Below are positions 44,923 through 55,139 of a stretch of DNA of 64,000 nt, piece after piece. Location: contig CAWGEL010000019.1 in assembly GCA_963821595.1 (NCBI GenBank), positions 25,566 to 89,565 on the forward strand, in the 5' to 3' direction. Below the pieces are notes generated by a model that saw nothing but the letters and a program-made list of their open reading frames with translations, ran no database searches and was not told the DNA's origin. The first letter of the stretch is position 1; every line of letters starts with the position of its first letter. Origin of the DNA: an uncultured Chloroflexia bacterium. GTDB taxonomy: Bacteria; Chloroflexota; Limnocylindria; Limnocylindrales; CSP1-4. The translations under genes and the position numbers were made by a program.

Positions 44923-45621
44923 GTGGCCCTCGACTTCGACTCGTTCGACGTCCTCACGTTCGACTGCTACGGCACGCTCATCGACTGGGAGGCCGGGCTG
45001 GCGGCTGCGTTGCGGGCCGCGCTCGCTCCACGCGGCGTCGACGTCGACGACGAGCGGCTCCTGGAGCTGTATGCCCGTCACGAGGCGCAGCTGGAGGCCG
45101 GCCCGTACCTGCGCTACCGCGACGTCCTGGCCCGCTCCCTCGAGGCAATCGCGGCCGACCTCGGGGTCGCACCCACGGAGGCGGAGCTCGCCACGTTCGG
45201 GGCCTCGGTCGGCGCCTGGCCGGCGTTCCCGGACTCCCCGGCGGCCCTGGCTCGCCTGAAGGATCGCTATCGGTTGGGCGTGATCACCAACTCCGATGAT
45301 GATCTGTTCGCTCTGTCGAACCGTCGGCTGGGGGTGACATTCGACTGGGTCATCACCGCCCAGCAGGCCGGCGGGTACAAGCCGCGGCTCGCCAACTTCG
45401 AGCTGGCGTTCGAGCGGATCGGATCACCCCGGAACCGCATCCTCCACGTCGCCCAGAGCCTGTTCCACGACCACGTCCCGGCAAAGCAGCTGGGCCTGCG
45501 GACGGCCTGGATCAACCGGCGCCACGGGCGGACCGGCTCCGGGGCGACGCCGGCTGCGGTCGCCACGCCGGACGTCGAGGCGCCGGACCTGGCGAGCTTC
45601 GCCGAGCTCGCCCTCGGGTAG
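44923..45621 (+). CDS. Haloacid dehalogenase type II-like HAD hydrolase
   Basis: TFDCYGTLIDWE, ITNSD, YKP, HVAQSLFHDH; GGAGG RBS. Confidence 0.9.
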   Translation: MALDFDSFDVLTFDCYGTLIDWEAGLAAALRAALAPRGVDVDDERLLELYARHEAQLEAGPYLRYRDVLARSLEAIAADLGVAPTEAELATFGASVGAWPAFPDSPAALARLKDRYRLGVITNSDDDLFALSNRRLGVTFDWVITAQQAGGYKPRLANFELAFERIGSPRNRILHVAQSLFHDHVPAKQLGLRTAWINRRHGRTGSGATPAAVATPDVEAPDLASFAELALG

Positions 45622-45679
45622 CTGGGTCCGCGGCGGGGGACGGTACCGCGGGCTCGGCATCCCGGCCGCCGTGGCCGGG

Positions 45680-46855
45680 TCAGCGGCGTTGTGGCTCGTC
45701 CGGCGGCGCGCTCACGAGCAGCAGGTCGACGCCGGGAAGGGCATCGGCCAGGCGCACCACGAGGGACGGGCGGCGCAGGCGGTCCAGGCGGCCCGCCGGC
45801 CGGTGAGGAACGACGACGCGAGTGATGCTCCGGCTCCGGATCAGGGCGATCGCCTCCTTGAGTGCGTCCGGGCCGCCGACGCGCACGACCTCGGCGCCCA
45901 GGTCCACCGCCTGCTCCGTGGCGTTGCGCGTGGAGACGGTCTGGTGCCAGTCGGAGCCCGACGGCGCGGGCTCGACCACGATCGCCACCAGGCCCGCGCG
46001 GAGCGCGCTCGCCAGCGCTGCGGCCCGGCGCACCGCGGCAGCCGAGCCGGGGCTCCCGTCGGCCAGGACCGCGACCCGGTCGCGGACCTGGGCCAGCGCA
46101 CCTTGCTCGCGGACGCCGGACTCCTCGAGCTGGTCCTCGACCCGGCGGGCCACGACCCGGAGCGACAGCTCGCGGAGCGCGGTGAGGTTGCCCTCGGTGA
46201 AGAAGCGATCGAGCGCGATGTCGGCGCGGTCGGCTGGATACACGTTGCCGTGGCGCATGCGCTGGCGGAGCGCGTGCGGGCTCATGTCGACGAGCTCGAT
46301 CTCGTCGGCCGTCGCCAGGGTCTCGTCGGGCAGGCGCTCGCGGACCGGGGCCCCGGTGATGGTCTCCACGGCCGACGCCATCGACTCGAGGTGCTGGATG
46401 TTCAGCGTCGAGACGACGTGGATCCCGGCGGCCCGGATCTGCTCCACGTCCTCGTGGCGCTTCTCGTGGGAGGCGCCCGGGACGTTGGAGTGGGCCAGCT
46501 CGTCGATGAGCGCGACCGTGGGCCGACGAGCCAGCACCGCGTCGACGTCCATCTCCTCGACGGTCACGCCGCGATGCTCGACGTGCAGCCGGGGCAGGAC
46601 CTCCAGGCCGTCCAGCAGGGCGGCCGTCCGGGGTCTTCCGTGCGTCTCCACGAACCCGACCACGACGTCCGTGCCGCGGTCGAGCCGGCGGTGGCCCTCC
46701 TCCAGCATCCGGAACGTCTTGCCGACGCCCGGGGCCATGCCGAGGTACACCCGCAGGCGCCCCCGTCCGCTGACATCGGAGGCGCCGATCCGGGCGAGCA
46801 TCTCCTCGGCCGTCGGCCGGACGTCGAACGCGTCGCGCTCGTGGTGCTCGCTCAT
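45680..46855 (-). CDS. kdpD: Stand-alone KdpD N-terminal sensor plus Usp domain
   Basis: [48 protein letters not shown]; no TM or kinase domain. Confidence 0.9.
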   Translation of the reverse strand: MSEHHERDAFDVRPTAEEMLARIGASDVSGRGRLRVYLGMAPGVGKTFRMLEEGHRRLDRGTDVVVGFVETHGRPRTAALLDGLEVLPRLHVEHRGVTVEEMDVDAVLARRPTVALIDELAHSNVPGASHEKRHEDVEQIRAAGIHVVSTLNIQHLESMASAVETITGAPVRERLPDETLATADEIELVDMSPHALRQRMRHGNVYPADRADIALDRFFTEGNLTALRELSLRVVARRVEDQLEESGVREQGALAQVRDRVAVLADGSPGSAAAVRRAAALASALRAGLVAIVVEPAPSGSDWHQTVSTRNATEQAVDLGAEVVRVGGPDALKEAIALIRSRSITRVVVPHRPAGRLDRLRRPSLVVRLADALPGVDLLLVSAPPDEPQRR

Positions 46856-46886
46856 CCGGGCCCTCGCGTCAGCCCACGCTGGCGGC

Positions 46887-47483
46887 TCACTTCAGGAGGC
46901 CGTCCAGGTCCAGGTTCACGAGCAGGACGTTGACCCGCGCCTCCCCGAGGAAGCCCAGGAGCGGCTGCTGCGTGTGGCGGGCGATGACCGCCCGGACGGC
47001 GTCCTGCGTCAGCCGGCGAGCCGTCGCGATTCGGGCGACCTGGTACTCGGCCGCGGCGGGGCTGATCTCCGGGTCCAGCCCGGACGCCGATGTCGTCACG
47101 AGGTCCGCCGGGACCGGGGCGTTGCCGTTGGCCGCGCGGAGCTGGTCGACGGTCGCCGTGACGCGATCGATGAGCGCCTTGCTGGTCGGCCCCAGGTTCG
47201 ACCCGGCCGAGCCGTTGGCGTCGTAGCCGTTCGGGTTGTCGGACGTGACGCCGGCCGCGGACGGTCGACCCCAGAGGTACTTCGGGTCGTTGAAGAACTG
47301 GCCGATGAGGCTGGAGCCGACCGTCTTCCCATTGACGACGATCATGGATCCGTTGGCCTGGTTCGGGAAGGCCACCTGGGCGATGGCGGTCACCGCGGCC
47401 GGATAGGCCACACCGGTGATGAAGGTCAGGGCCAGCAGGAGGGCGAACGCCGGGTAGAGCTGGCGCCGCAGGAACGTGCGCAT
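46887..47483 (-). CDS. kdpC: K+-transporting ATPase subunit C
   Basis: [41 protein letters not shown]. Confidence 0.95.
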   Translation of the reverse strand: MRTFLRRQLYPAFALLLALTFITGVAYPAAVTAIAQVAFPNQANGSMIVVNGKTVGSSLIGQFFNDPKYLWGRPSAAGVTSDNPNGYDANGSAGSNLGPTSKALIDRVTATVDQLRAANGNAPVPADLVTTSASGLDPEISPAAAEYQVARIATARRLTQDAVRAVIARHTQQPLLGFLGEARVNVLLVNLDLDGLLK

Positions 47484-47495
47484 TCGGATCGGTCC

Positions 47496-49678
47496 TCAGG
47501 CGAGGTGGAGCGCGGTCACCAGCAGGTCGATCGCCTTGATTCCCAGGAAGGGGGCGATGATCCCGCCAAGGCCGTAGATCAGGAGGTTCCGCTGGAGCAG
47601 GACGCTTGCGGGCGCGGCCCGGAAGCTGACCCCGCGCAGGGCCAGCGGAATGAGGGCCACGATGATCAGCGCGTTGAAGATCACCGCCGACAGGATCGCG
47701 CTCTGCGGCGTGGCCAGTCCCATGATGTTGAGGGCGCCAAGCTCCGGGTAGACCACCACGAACATGGCCGGCAGGATCGCGAAGTACTTGGCCACGTCGT
47801 TGGCGATCGAGAACGTCGTGATCGAGCCGCGAGTGATCAGGAGCTGCTTGCCGATCGCGATCACCTCGAGCAGCTTGGTCGGATCCGAGTCGAGGTCGAC
47901 CATGTTGGCCGCCTCCTTGGCCGCCGAGGTCCCGCTGTTCATGGCCAGGCCGACATCCGCCTGGGCGAGGGCCGGCGCGTCGTTCGTGCCGTCCCCGGTC
48001 ATCGCCACCAGGTGGCCCTCGGCCTGCTCCTCGCGGATGAAGCGGATCTTGTCCTCGGGCTTGGCCTGGGCGATGAAGTCGTCCACGCCGGCCTCGCGCG
48101 CGATCGTGGCGGCGGTGCGCGGGTTGTCGCCCGTGACCATGACCGTCCGGATGCCCATCCGCCGGAACTCGGCGAACCGCTCGACGAGGCCTTCCTTGAC
48201 GGTGTCCTTGAGCTCGATGAGGCCCACCACGCGGCCGTCGTCGCGGATCGCGAGGGGCGTGGCTCCGAGATCGGCGAGATGGTCCGAAGCCTCCAGGATC
48301 TCCTTCGGCATCGAGCCGTTGAGGTCCTGGCCGATGGCGTCGACCGCGCCCTTGAGGACGATGACGCCGGAGGTCAGCTTCGAGCCGCTCGTGCGGGTCT
48401 CCGCGCGGAACGGGATCTCCTCGGCGATGGTCGCCGCCAGGCTCGTGTAGCCCGGCTCGTCCTGGGTCCCGGCCGGCCCGCCCAGCGCGGCCAGGCGCTG
48501 GCGGGCGAGGGTCGACGATGGACCGGCCCTCGGGCGTCTCGTCGCGGATGGACGCGACCAGCGCGGCCGTCAAGGCCGCGGTCTCGTCCACGCCTGGCGC
48601 GGCCGTGATGGAGGCGGCGAGGCGGTTGCCGTACGTGATCGTCCCGGTCTTGTCGAGCAGGATGACGTCCACGTCGCCGGACGCCTCGACGGCACGGCCG
48701 CTCATGGCCAGCACGTTGAAGCGGGCGACCCGGTCCATGCCGGCGATGCCGATCGCGGAGAGCAGCCCGCCGATGGTCGTGGGGATCAGGCAGCACGAGC
48801 AGCGCCACGAGCGCGACGGTGTCGACGGACCGCTCCGGCGTACTGGCCGAACGGGCGAAGCGTGACGACGGCCAGCAGGAACACGATCGTCAGGCCGGCC
48901 AGCAGGATCGCCAGCGCGATCTCGTTGGGCGTGCGCTGCCGCTTGGCGCCCTCGACGAGGGCGATCATGCGGTCGAGGAACGTCTCGCCCGGATCGGCCG
49001 TGATGCGAATGGTGAGCGTGTCGCTGGTCAGCGTCGTGCCACCGGTCACGCTGCTGCGGATGTCCGTGCCCGGCTCCTTCAGGACCGGGGCCGACTCGCC
49101 CGTGATCGCCGACTCGTTGACGAACGCGACGCCCTCGATGACGTCGCCGTCGCCCGGGATGATCTCGCCCTCGCGAACCACGACGATGTCGTCGCGCCGC
49201 AGCTCGGACGAGCCGACCTCCTCGAGCGACCCGTCGGCCGAGCGCCGGTGCGCCGTCGTGACCGATCGGGTCCGCCGGAGGCTGGCCGCCTGGGCGCGGC
49301 CGCGGGCCTCGGCGATCGCCTCCGCGTACGTGGCGAACAGCACGGTGAACCACAGCCAGGCGGCGATCTGGACCTGGAAGCCGAGGCCGCCGATCCTGCC
49401 CTGCGCCTGCGCGCCGGTCGCGGTTGCCGATCGCGATGAGCGTCACCAGCACCGCCGTGACCTCGACCACGAACATGACCGGGATTCCGGATCAGGTACT
49501 GCGGATGGAGCTTGCGGATCGACTGCGGGAGGGCGGCCCGCAGCAGCTTCGGGTCGAAGATCCCGCGCGGGCCGGGGGCGCCGGCGGGGGCGCCGCCTGA
49601 GGGAGCGGCAGCGCCCCGGCCGAAGCGCTGGAACCGGCGCGTGCCGCGGGAGAGGTCGATCGAGCGCAGGAGGGCCAT
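47496..49678 (-). CDS. kdpB: K+-transporting ATPase subunit B (several frameshifts in this sequence)
   Basis: [35 protein letters not shown] spread over several frames. Confidence 0.92.
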
Positions 49679-49679
49679 C

Positions 49680-51394
49680 TCAGAAGACCTTTCCGGCGTT
49701 CTGGAGGAGCTGCTCGACGATCGGCCCCAGCGACAGGGCCGGGAAGAACGTGAGCGCGCCGACGATCACGATCACGCCGATGACGAGCACGCTGAACAGC
49801 GCGCCGGTCGTCGGGAACGTGCCGAGGGACGCGGCGACTCGCCGCTTGCCGGCCATCGATCCGGCCAGGGCCAGGATCGGCACGATCATCCCGTAGCGCC
49901 CGATGAGCATGGCGAACCCGCCCGTGATGTTGTAGAAGGGCGTGTTCCCGGAGAGGCCGGCGAAGGCCGAGCCGTTGTTGCCGGTCTGGCTGGAGTACGC
50001 GTAGAGGATCTCGCTGAAGCCGTGCGGGCCCGGCGTTGAGCGGCCCGGCCAGGCCCTGGGTCGTGACCGTGGCGAGGGCGGTGAAGCCGAGGATGCTGGC
50101 GCCCAGGACGAGGACGGTGACCATGGCCATCTTCATCTCGTAGGCCTCGACCTTCTTGCCCAGGTACTCGGGCGTGCGGCCCACCATGAGCCCGGCGATG
50201 AAGACGGACAGGATCGCGCCGATCACGAGCATCCCGTAGAGGCCCGCGCCGATGCCGCCGGGCGTGATCTCGCCCAGCTCGATGTTGAAGAGGGGGACCA
50301 GGCCGGCGATCGGCTGGTAGCTGTCGTGCCAGCTGATGACCGCGCCGGTGCTGGTGCTCGTCGTGATCGAGGCGAAGAGCGCCCCGACGCCCGAGCCGAA
50401 CCGCGTCTCGTTGCCCTCCATGCTGCCGAGGGCCTGGTCCACGGTCGAAGGGAACAGCGGGTTGCCGGCGGTCTGCGTTGTGCATCGCGAGACGGCGCCG
50501 ACGAGGAAGACGCCGCCATCGCGCCGAAGATCGCCCAGCCCTGGCGCTGGTCTGCCGGCGTAGCGCCCGAACGTGTAGGTCAGCGAGAACGTGATGGCGA
50601 ACATCGCGACCATCTCGACGAAGTTCGTGAGCGGCGTCGGGTTCTCGAACGGGTGGGCCGAGTTCGCGTTGAGGAACCCGCCGCCGTTGTTGCCGAGCTC
50701 CTTGATGATCTCCTGCGAGGCGATCGGGCCGAGGGCGATGGTCTGCTGGGCGCCCTGCAGCGTCGTCGCGGTCGCCGGCGCGTTGAGCGTCTGGGGCACG
50801 CCCTGCCAGACGAGGAAGACGGCGACGACGATCGAGATCGGCAGCAGGATGTAGAGGACGCCGCGCGTCAGGTCCACCCAGTAGTTGCCGAGGGTCTTCG
50901 CGCTGCGCCGGGTCAGGCCGCGGACCAGGGCGATCGCCACGGCCAGGCCGGTGGCGGCCGAGGTGAAGTTGCGGACCGCCAGGATGAGCATCTGGCTCAG
51001 GTAGCTGACGCCGGTCTCGCCGGAGTAGTTCTGCCAGTTCGTGTTGGTCTCGAAGCTGACCGACGTGTTGAAGGCGAGGTCGGGGGACTGCGGCGTGGCG
51101 CCGTTCGGGTTGAGGGGCAGCGAATCCTGGATGCGCAGGACGACGTAGCCGACGACGATCGCCACCAGGGCCATCGCCAGGACCGAAACCGTGTAGGCCT
51201 TCCAGTCCTGCTCGGCCGTCTCGTCGACGCCGCGAGACGCGGTAGACCGACGCGCTCGACCGGCCGCAGGACCGGGCTCAGGAAGGTGCGCTCGCCCTCC
51301 ATGACCCGGTGGATATACGTCCCCAGGATCGGGCGTGATCATCAGGATCACCCCGCACGAAGACGACCAGGGTGATGAAGTCGCCGGTGGGCAC
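49680..51394 (-). CDS. kdpA: K+-transporting ATPase subunit A (several frameshifts)
   Basis: [55 protein letters not shown]; GTG start at 51394. Confidence 0.92.
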
Positions 51395-51396
51395 GG

Positions 51397-51487
51397 CTAG
51401 AAGTCCTCGGGCCGCAGGAGGGCCCACAGCAGGTACACGAAGACGAGCGCGGCGGCGATCCCGGCCGAGGAGGTCAAGGACGTTCAT
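51397..51487 (-). CDS. kdpF: KdpF peptide (1 extra base)
   Basis: MNVLDLL/AGIAAALVFVYLLWALLRPEDF*; the span is 91 nt, one base too long. Confidence 0.85.
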
Positions 51488-51573
51488 CCGCGCACCCGGT
51501 CCACCAGGACCAGCAGGCCGGCGAAGAAGCCCACGCAGACGACGGCGATGAGCAGGATCGTCAGGTCGGTCAT
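51484..51573 (-). CDS. 29-aa hydrophobic peptide upstream of kdpF
   Basis: GGAG RBS; MTDLTILLIAVVCVGFFAGLLVLVDRVRG*; ATGA overlap with kdpF. Confidence 0.75.
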   Translation of the reverse strand: MTDLTILLIAVVCVGFFAGLLVLVDRVRG

Positions 51574-52024
51574 TCACCGTTCTCCAACATGGGCTCGCGC
51601 CCGCTGCCTGCGGCAGTCGGGTCGTCTCCACCCGCAGGGCCGGCGCCAGGAATCGGTCGCACACCTCCAGCAGGGTCTCCAGGGCAAAGGGTTTCGGCAG
51701 GTAGCCGGCGACCCGCAGCTCCCGCAGTCGCCGGTGGCTGACCCCGATCGCGCTGACGACGACCACCGGCGGCGCGCCGTCATCGGCCAGGGGACCGGCG
51801 CGGAGCAGGTCCCAGCCCGTGGCGCCGGGCAGGTTCAGGTCCAGCAGGACGAGCGACGGGCGGAACCCCCTGCCGAGCATCGTGCCCGCCTCCTCGGCGC
51901 TTCCCGCCTCCACGACCGGGTGGCCATGGGCACGAAGGCTTCGGGACAGCACGGTACGCAGGGGCACGTCGTCCTCGACGAAGAGGATCGGGTCAGGCGT
52001 CGCGACGGACGGATCCGTCGACAT
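51574..52024 (-). CDS. Single-domain response regulator (3' end probably frameshifted)
   Basis: ILFVEDD, VLLDLNLPG, VSA, YLPKPF; as given the frame runs on to 51278. Confidence 0.8.
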
Positions 52025-52277
52025 CCACCGACTCCACGACCAGGTCGGGATTGCCGTCGCCCAGCGGCCAGATCTCGGTGATCCGGACGCCGCGCCGGGC
52101 CGCGATGCGGCGAGCCTCGCCACCCAGCATCGACGACATCCGGAGCCCGCCCAGGCTCACCCGCGACGCGAGCCCCGTCGCCACGAGCTCGACCGCCGCG
52201 CGGACCGAGTTGAGTTCCCGTTCGATGGACGCCTCGGCCGCGCGCTGCAGGTCGGAGGGCACGGAAAGCGTTCGCAT
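51993..52277 (-). CDS. Hypothetical 94-aa protein, first gene of the putative kdp transcript
   Basis: Natural-looking composition; ATG 6 nt after a CAGGCT -10-like box. Confidence 0.6.
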   Translation of the reverse strand: MRTLSVPSDLQRAAEASIERELNSVRAAVELVATGLASRVSLGGLRMSSMLGGEARRIAARRGVRITEIWPLGDGNPDLVVESVDVDGSVRRDA

Positions 52278-52333
52278 GCCCGTAGCCTGCGATCGGGCGC
52301 CAAGAGGAACCCGGGCACCCGGCGCGTCGGCCG

Positions 52334-52350
52334 CCTCAAGGACCTGTCAA
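52334..52350 (-). promoter_or_regulatory. Candidate KdpE binding site
   Basis: TTGACA-GGTCC-TTGAGG, an 11-bp-period direct repeat like the E. coli KdpE box TTTATA-N5-TTTACA. Confidence 0.55.
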
Positions 52351-53123
52351 GTCGTCCTCGAGCCGATCGGGGCCCAGGATGGTTGAGAGCTCCCCGACCC
52401 GGTAGCCCACGCCCGGCTCGGTCACGATGAGGCCGCGCAGCTCGTCCGCGGGATCGAGGGCCGCGAGCTTGCGGCGGAGCTGGCTCACGTGCACGTGGAG
52501 GTAGTGGCGCTCCTCCTGGTACGCCTGGCCCCAGACCGCGCGGAGAAGCCGGCCGTGGGTTACCAGCCGGCCCGGGTGGGCGAGGAGGACGCGGAGGATC
52601 TCGAACTCGCGGGGCGTCAGCGAGGCCGGCTGGCCGCCCACCGTCACCGTGTGGCGCGTCGCGTCGAGCACCAGCGGGCCGGCGTGAACCACGCCGTCTG
52701 GCTCGGCAGCCGGGCCGCCGGCGCGGCGCAGGACTGCCCGGAGGCGCGCATGAAGCTCACCCAGGGCGAACGGCTTGGTGACGTAGTCGTCCGCGCCGAG
52801 CTCGAGCGCCTCGATCTTCGTCGCCTCCTCCCCGCGGGCCGAGAGGATGACGATCGGCGTCGCCGCCTCGCGGCGCATGAGCCGGACGAGGCGAAGGCCG
52901 TCCGTGTCCGGCAGGCCCAGGTCCAGGAGGACGACGTCGGGCCGCCGGAGTGACCAGCGCTCGAGCGCCGTCCGACCGTCCGGCGCCAGGTCCACGCGGC
53001 AGCCGCGCGCGGCCAGGTCTCGCGCGAGCGAGGCGCGGGTCCCTTCGTCATCTTCGACCACCAGGACCGTCGGGCCCTCAGCGTCGGCTCGCCCGGCGCC
53101 GAACGAGGCGGCGCGGGGTTCAT
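52336..53123 (-). CDS. kdpE: Response regulator KdpE (OmpR family)
   Basis: VLVVEDD, LLDLGLPD, GADDYVTKPF, LTPREF, TEPGVGYR; ATG 53123 coupled to the kdpD stop needs a frameshift. Confidence 0.9.
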
Positions 53124-54843
53124 GGACGACCCTCGGCAGTCGCGGGCGCGTTCGCGGCCTCCTCGGGCACGGTGCCTGCCGGATCGGGCGGCGGCTCGGG
53201 CCGTGAGGATCCCTCGGAGGAAGGCTCGCCATCCCTCGCCGCTGCTGCCGGCAGCGTCACGTCGATTGCCAGTCCGCCGAGATCGCCGATCCGCGCCTCG
53301 ACCGTCCCGCCCATCGCCTCCACGAGGCCGCGGACCACGGCGAGGCCGACGCCGGTCCCGCTGCGCGAGCCGGCCGAGCGCCGGGGCACGCGGAAGAACT
53401 TGTCGAAGAGCCTGGGAAGCGCGACGGCCGGCACGCCGGGTCCGCTGTCCTCGATCGTCAGCACGACCGTCCCCCGGTCGCTCGCCGGCGCGGGACCAGA
53501 CTCGGACGCGCGCGCCGGCGTCCGCGTACTTGGTCACGTTCTCCAGGAGGTTCGTCAGGATCTGGTCGAACAGGGCGGGATCGACGTCGACCGGCGGCGC
53601 AGCGTCGAGGTCGATCCGATGCTCCGGGTCGCCAGGCGACGGCGAAGCCGGTCGAACGCCGTCTCGACGAGGTCCGCCAGGTCGTAGGGGTCGAGGTCGA
53701 CGCGGAGCGCGCCGGCCTCGATCCGGCTCAGGTCGAGCAGGTTGGTCACGACGCGATTGAGGTGCTCGGCCTCCCGATCGATCATCTCCGCGTCGGCGAA
53801 CCGATCCTCGGCGGGGAGGTCCAGCGGCGGTCCATCAGGCTGCCCGCCGCGGCACGGATGGACGCCAGCGGCGTCCGCAGGTCGTGCGAAACGCTCTCCA
53901 GGAGGGCCGTCTTGAGCTGGTCGCTGCGACGGGCGATCTCCGCCTCCTGGGCCTCCCGGGCGAGGCGGTCCTGCTCGAGGGCCTGGCCGATCTGGTCCGC
54001 GGCCGCCGCGATCAGCCGGGTTTCCGTCCGGTCGGGCCGGCCGCCCTCGCGCGGGATGAGCACGTTCAGCGCGCCGACGGCGCGGCCGCCCACCTCCATG
54101 CCGACCCGGTGGACGACCGCCTCCGCCCCGTCCGCCGCGTCCGCCGCGTCCGCCGCGAGGCCACGCTCGGCTCTCCCCGCGAGGGGTGTGTTGACCCGGG
54201 CCGCCGCCCCGCCGCGCCCGGTGTGGATCGCGACCCATTCGGCCGGCGCATCGCCGGGCGTCCGCCGGAGCACGTACTGCGTCCGCGGCGCCGGTCGCGG
54301 CGAGGCTCCGTCCGTGTCGGTGACCACATGGCGTGCCCCCGTCGCGTCCAGCACCTCCACCCACGAGCGGGCGGCCCGGGTTTCCTCGAGGAGGGCGGCG
54401 GCGATCTGCGGCAGCGCGTCGAGCGTCGAGGAGCGAGTGGCCAGCTCGCGGATGACATTGAAGAGGGCACGGGCCTCCCGCTCCCGCCTGCGGGCGGTGA
54501 GCGTCTGGCTCCGCTGGAGGACGGCGAGCTGGCCCACGAGCACGCCCACGAAGACGAGGAGCACGAGCGTCACCCACTCGCCGGGCTCGCTGATCGTGAA
54601 CGTGAACCGAGGTTCGGTGAAGAAGAAGTCGTAGAGCAGGAACGCCCCGATCGACGCGGTGACCGCGCCGGGCGCGCCGGCGACGAGGGCGGTGACGGCC
54701 ACCGCGACGACGTAGATCGCCGACGCGTTCGGAACGCGCAGCCATGACTCCGCCGCCCAGACCGCTGCCGTGGCCGTCGCCAGGGCGAGCGTCACCGTCG
54801 CCAGGCCGCGAAGGATCGCCCGGGGCGAGAGGTTGCGCCGCAT
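53120..54843 (-). CDS. kdpD: KdpD membrane/GAF/histidine kinase portion (frameshifted)
   Basis: DUF4118 TMs (YDFFFTEPRFTF), SVSHDLRTPL, NLLDLSRIEAG, DSGPG, GTGVGL across frames. Confidence 0.88.
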
Positions 54844-55139
54844 CGCCACAGGCTACGACACGCCCATCTCGGTCGCGGCCGCTCCGACGGGCTGTTCCGT
54901 GGCTGTGTGGTCCGCGACGGTCGCGTCCGCCGCCCGGCCATGGCGACCGGCCGGCCCGACGGCCGACACGGCGAGCAGGGCACGGCAGGACGCTCGGGAC
55001 GTCGCGTGAGGCCCCGGCACCGCATGACGACTGAAGCCGCGGCGGACTTGCCGAGGAGGTGGCGAATCCGGGCGTCACCCCCGCTTCAGACAACCCCGCC
55101 GGCAGCCGGCGGAGGGCGAACGCCGCGGGGGTCAGTCGC

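Noticed and set aside
34610-45621. Genomic island or prophage integrated at the ssrA 3' end
   Set aside because: No integrase, no duplicated ssrA 3' end noticed, and no obvious compositional shift.
47496-54843. Programmed frameshifting in the kdp genes
   Set aside because: Too many shifts per gene, no shared slippery motif or stimulator, and the same pattern occurs in jag and the ABC genes.
54856-55139. c-di-AMP (ydaO) riboswitch upstream of kdpD
   Set aside because: Conserved ydaO motifs not recognisable; kdpD looks leaderless.
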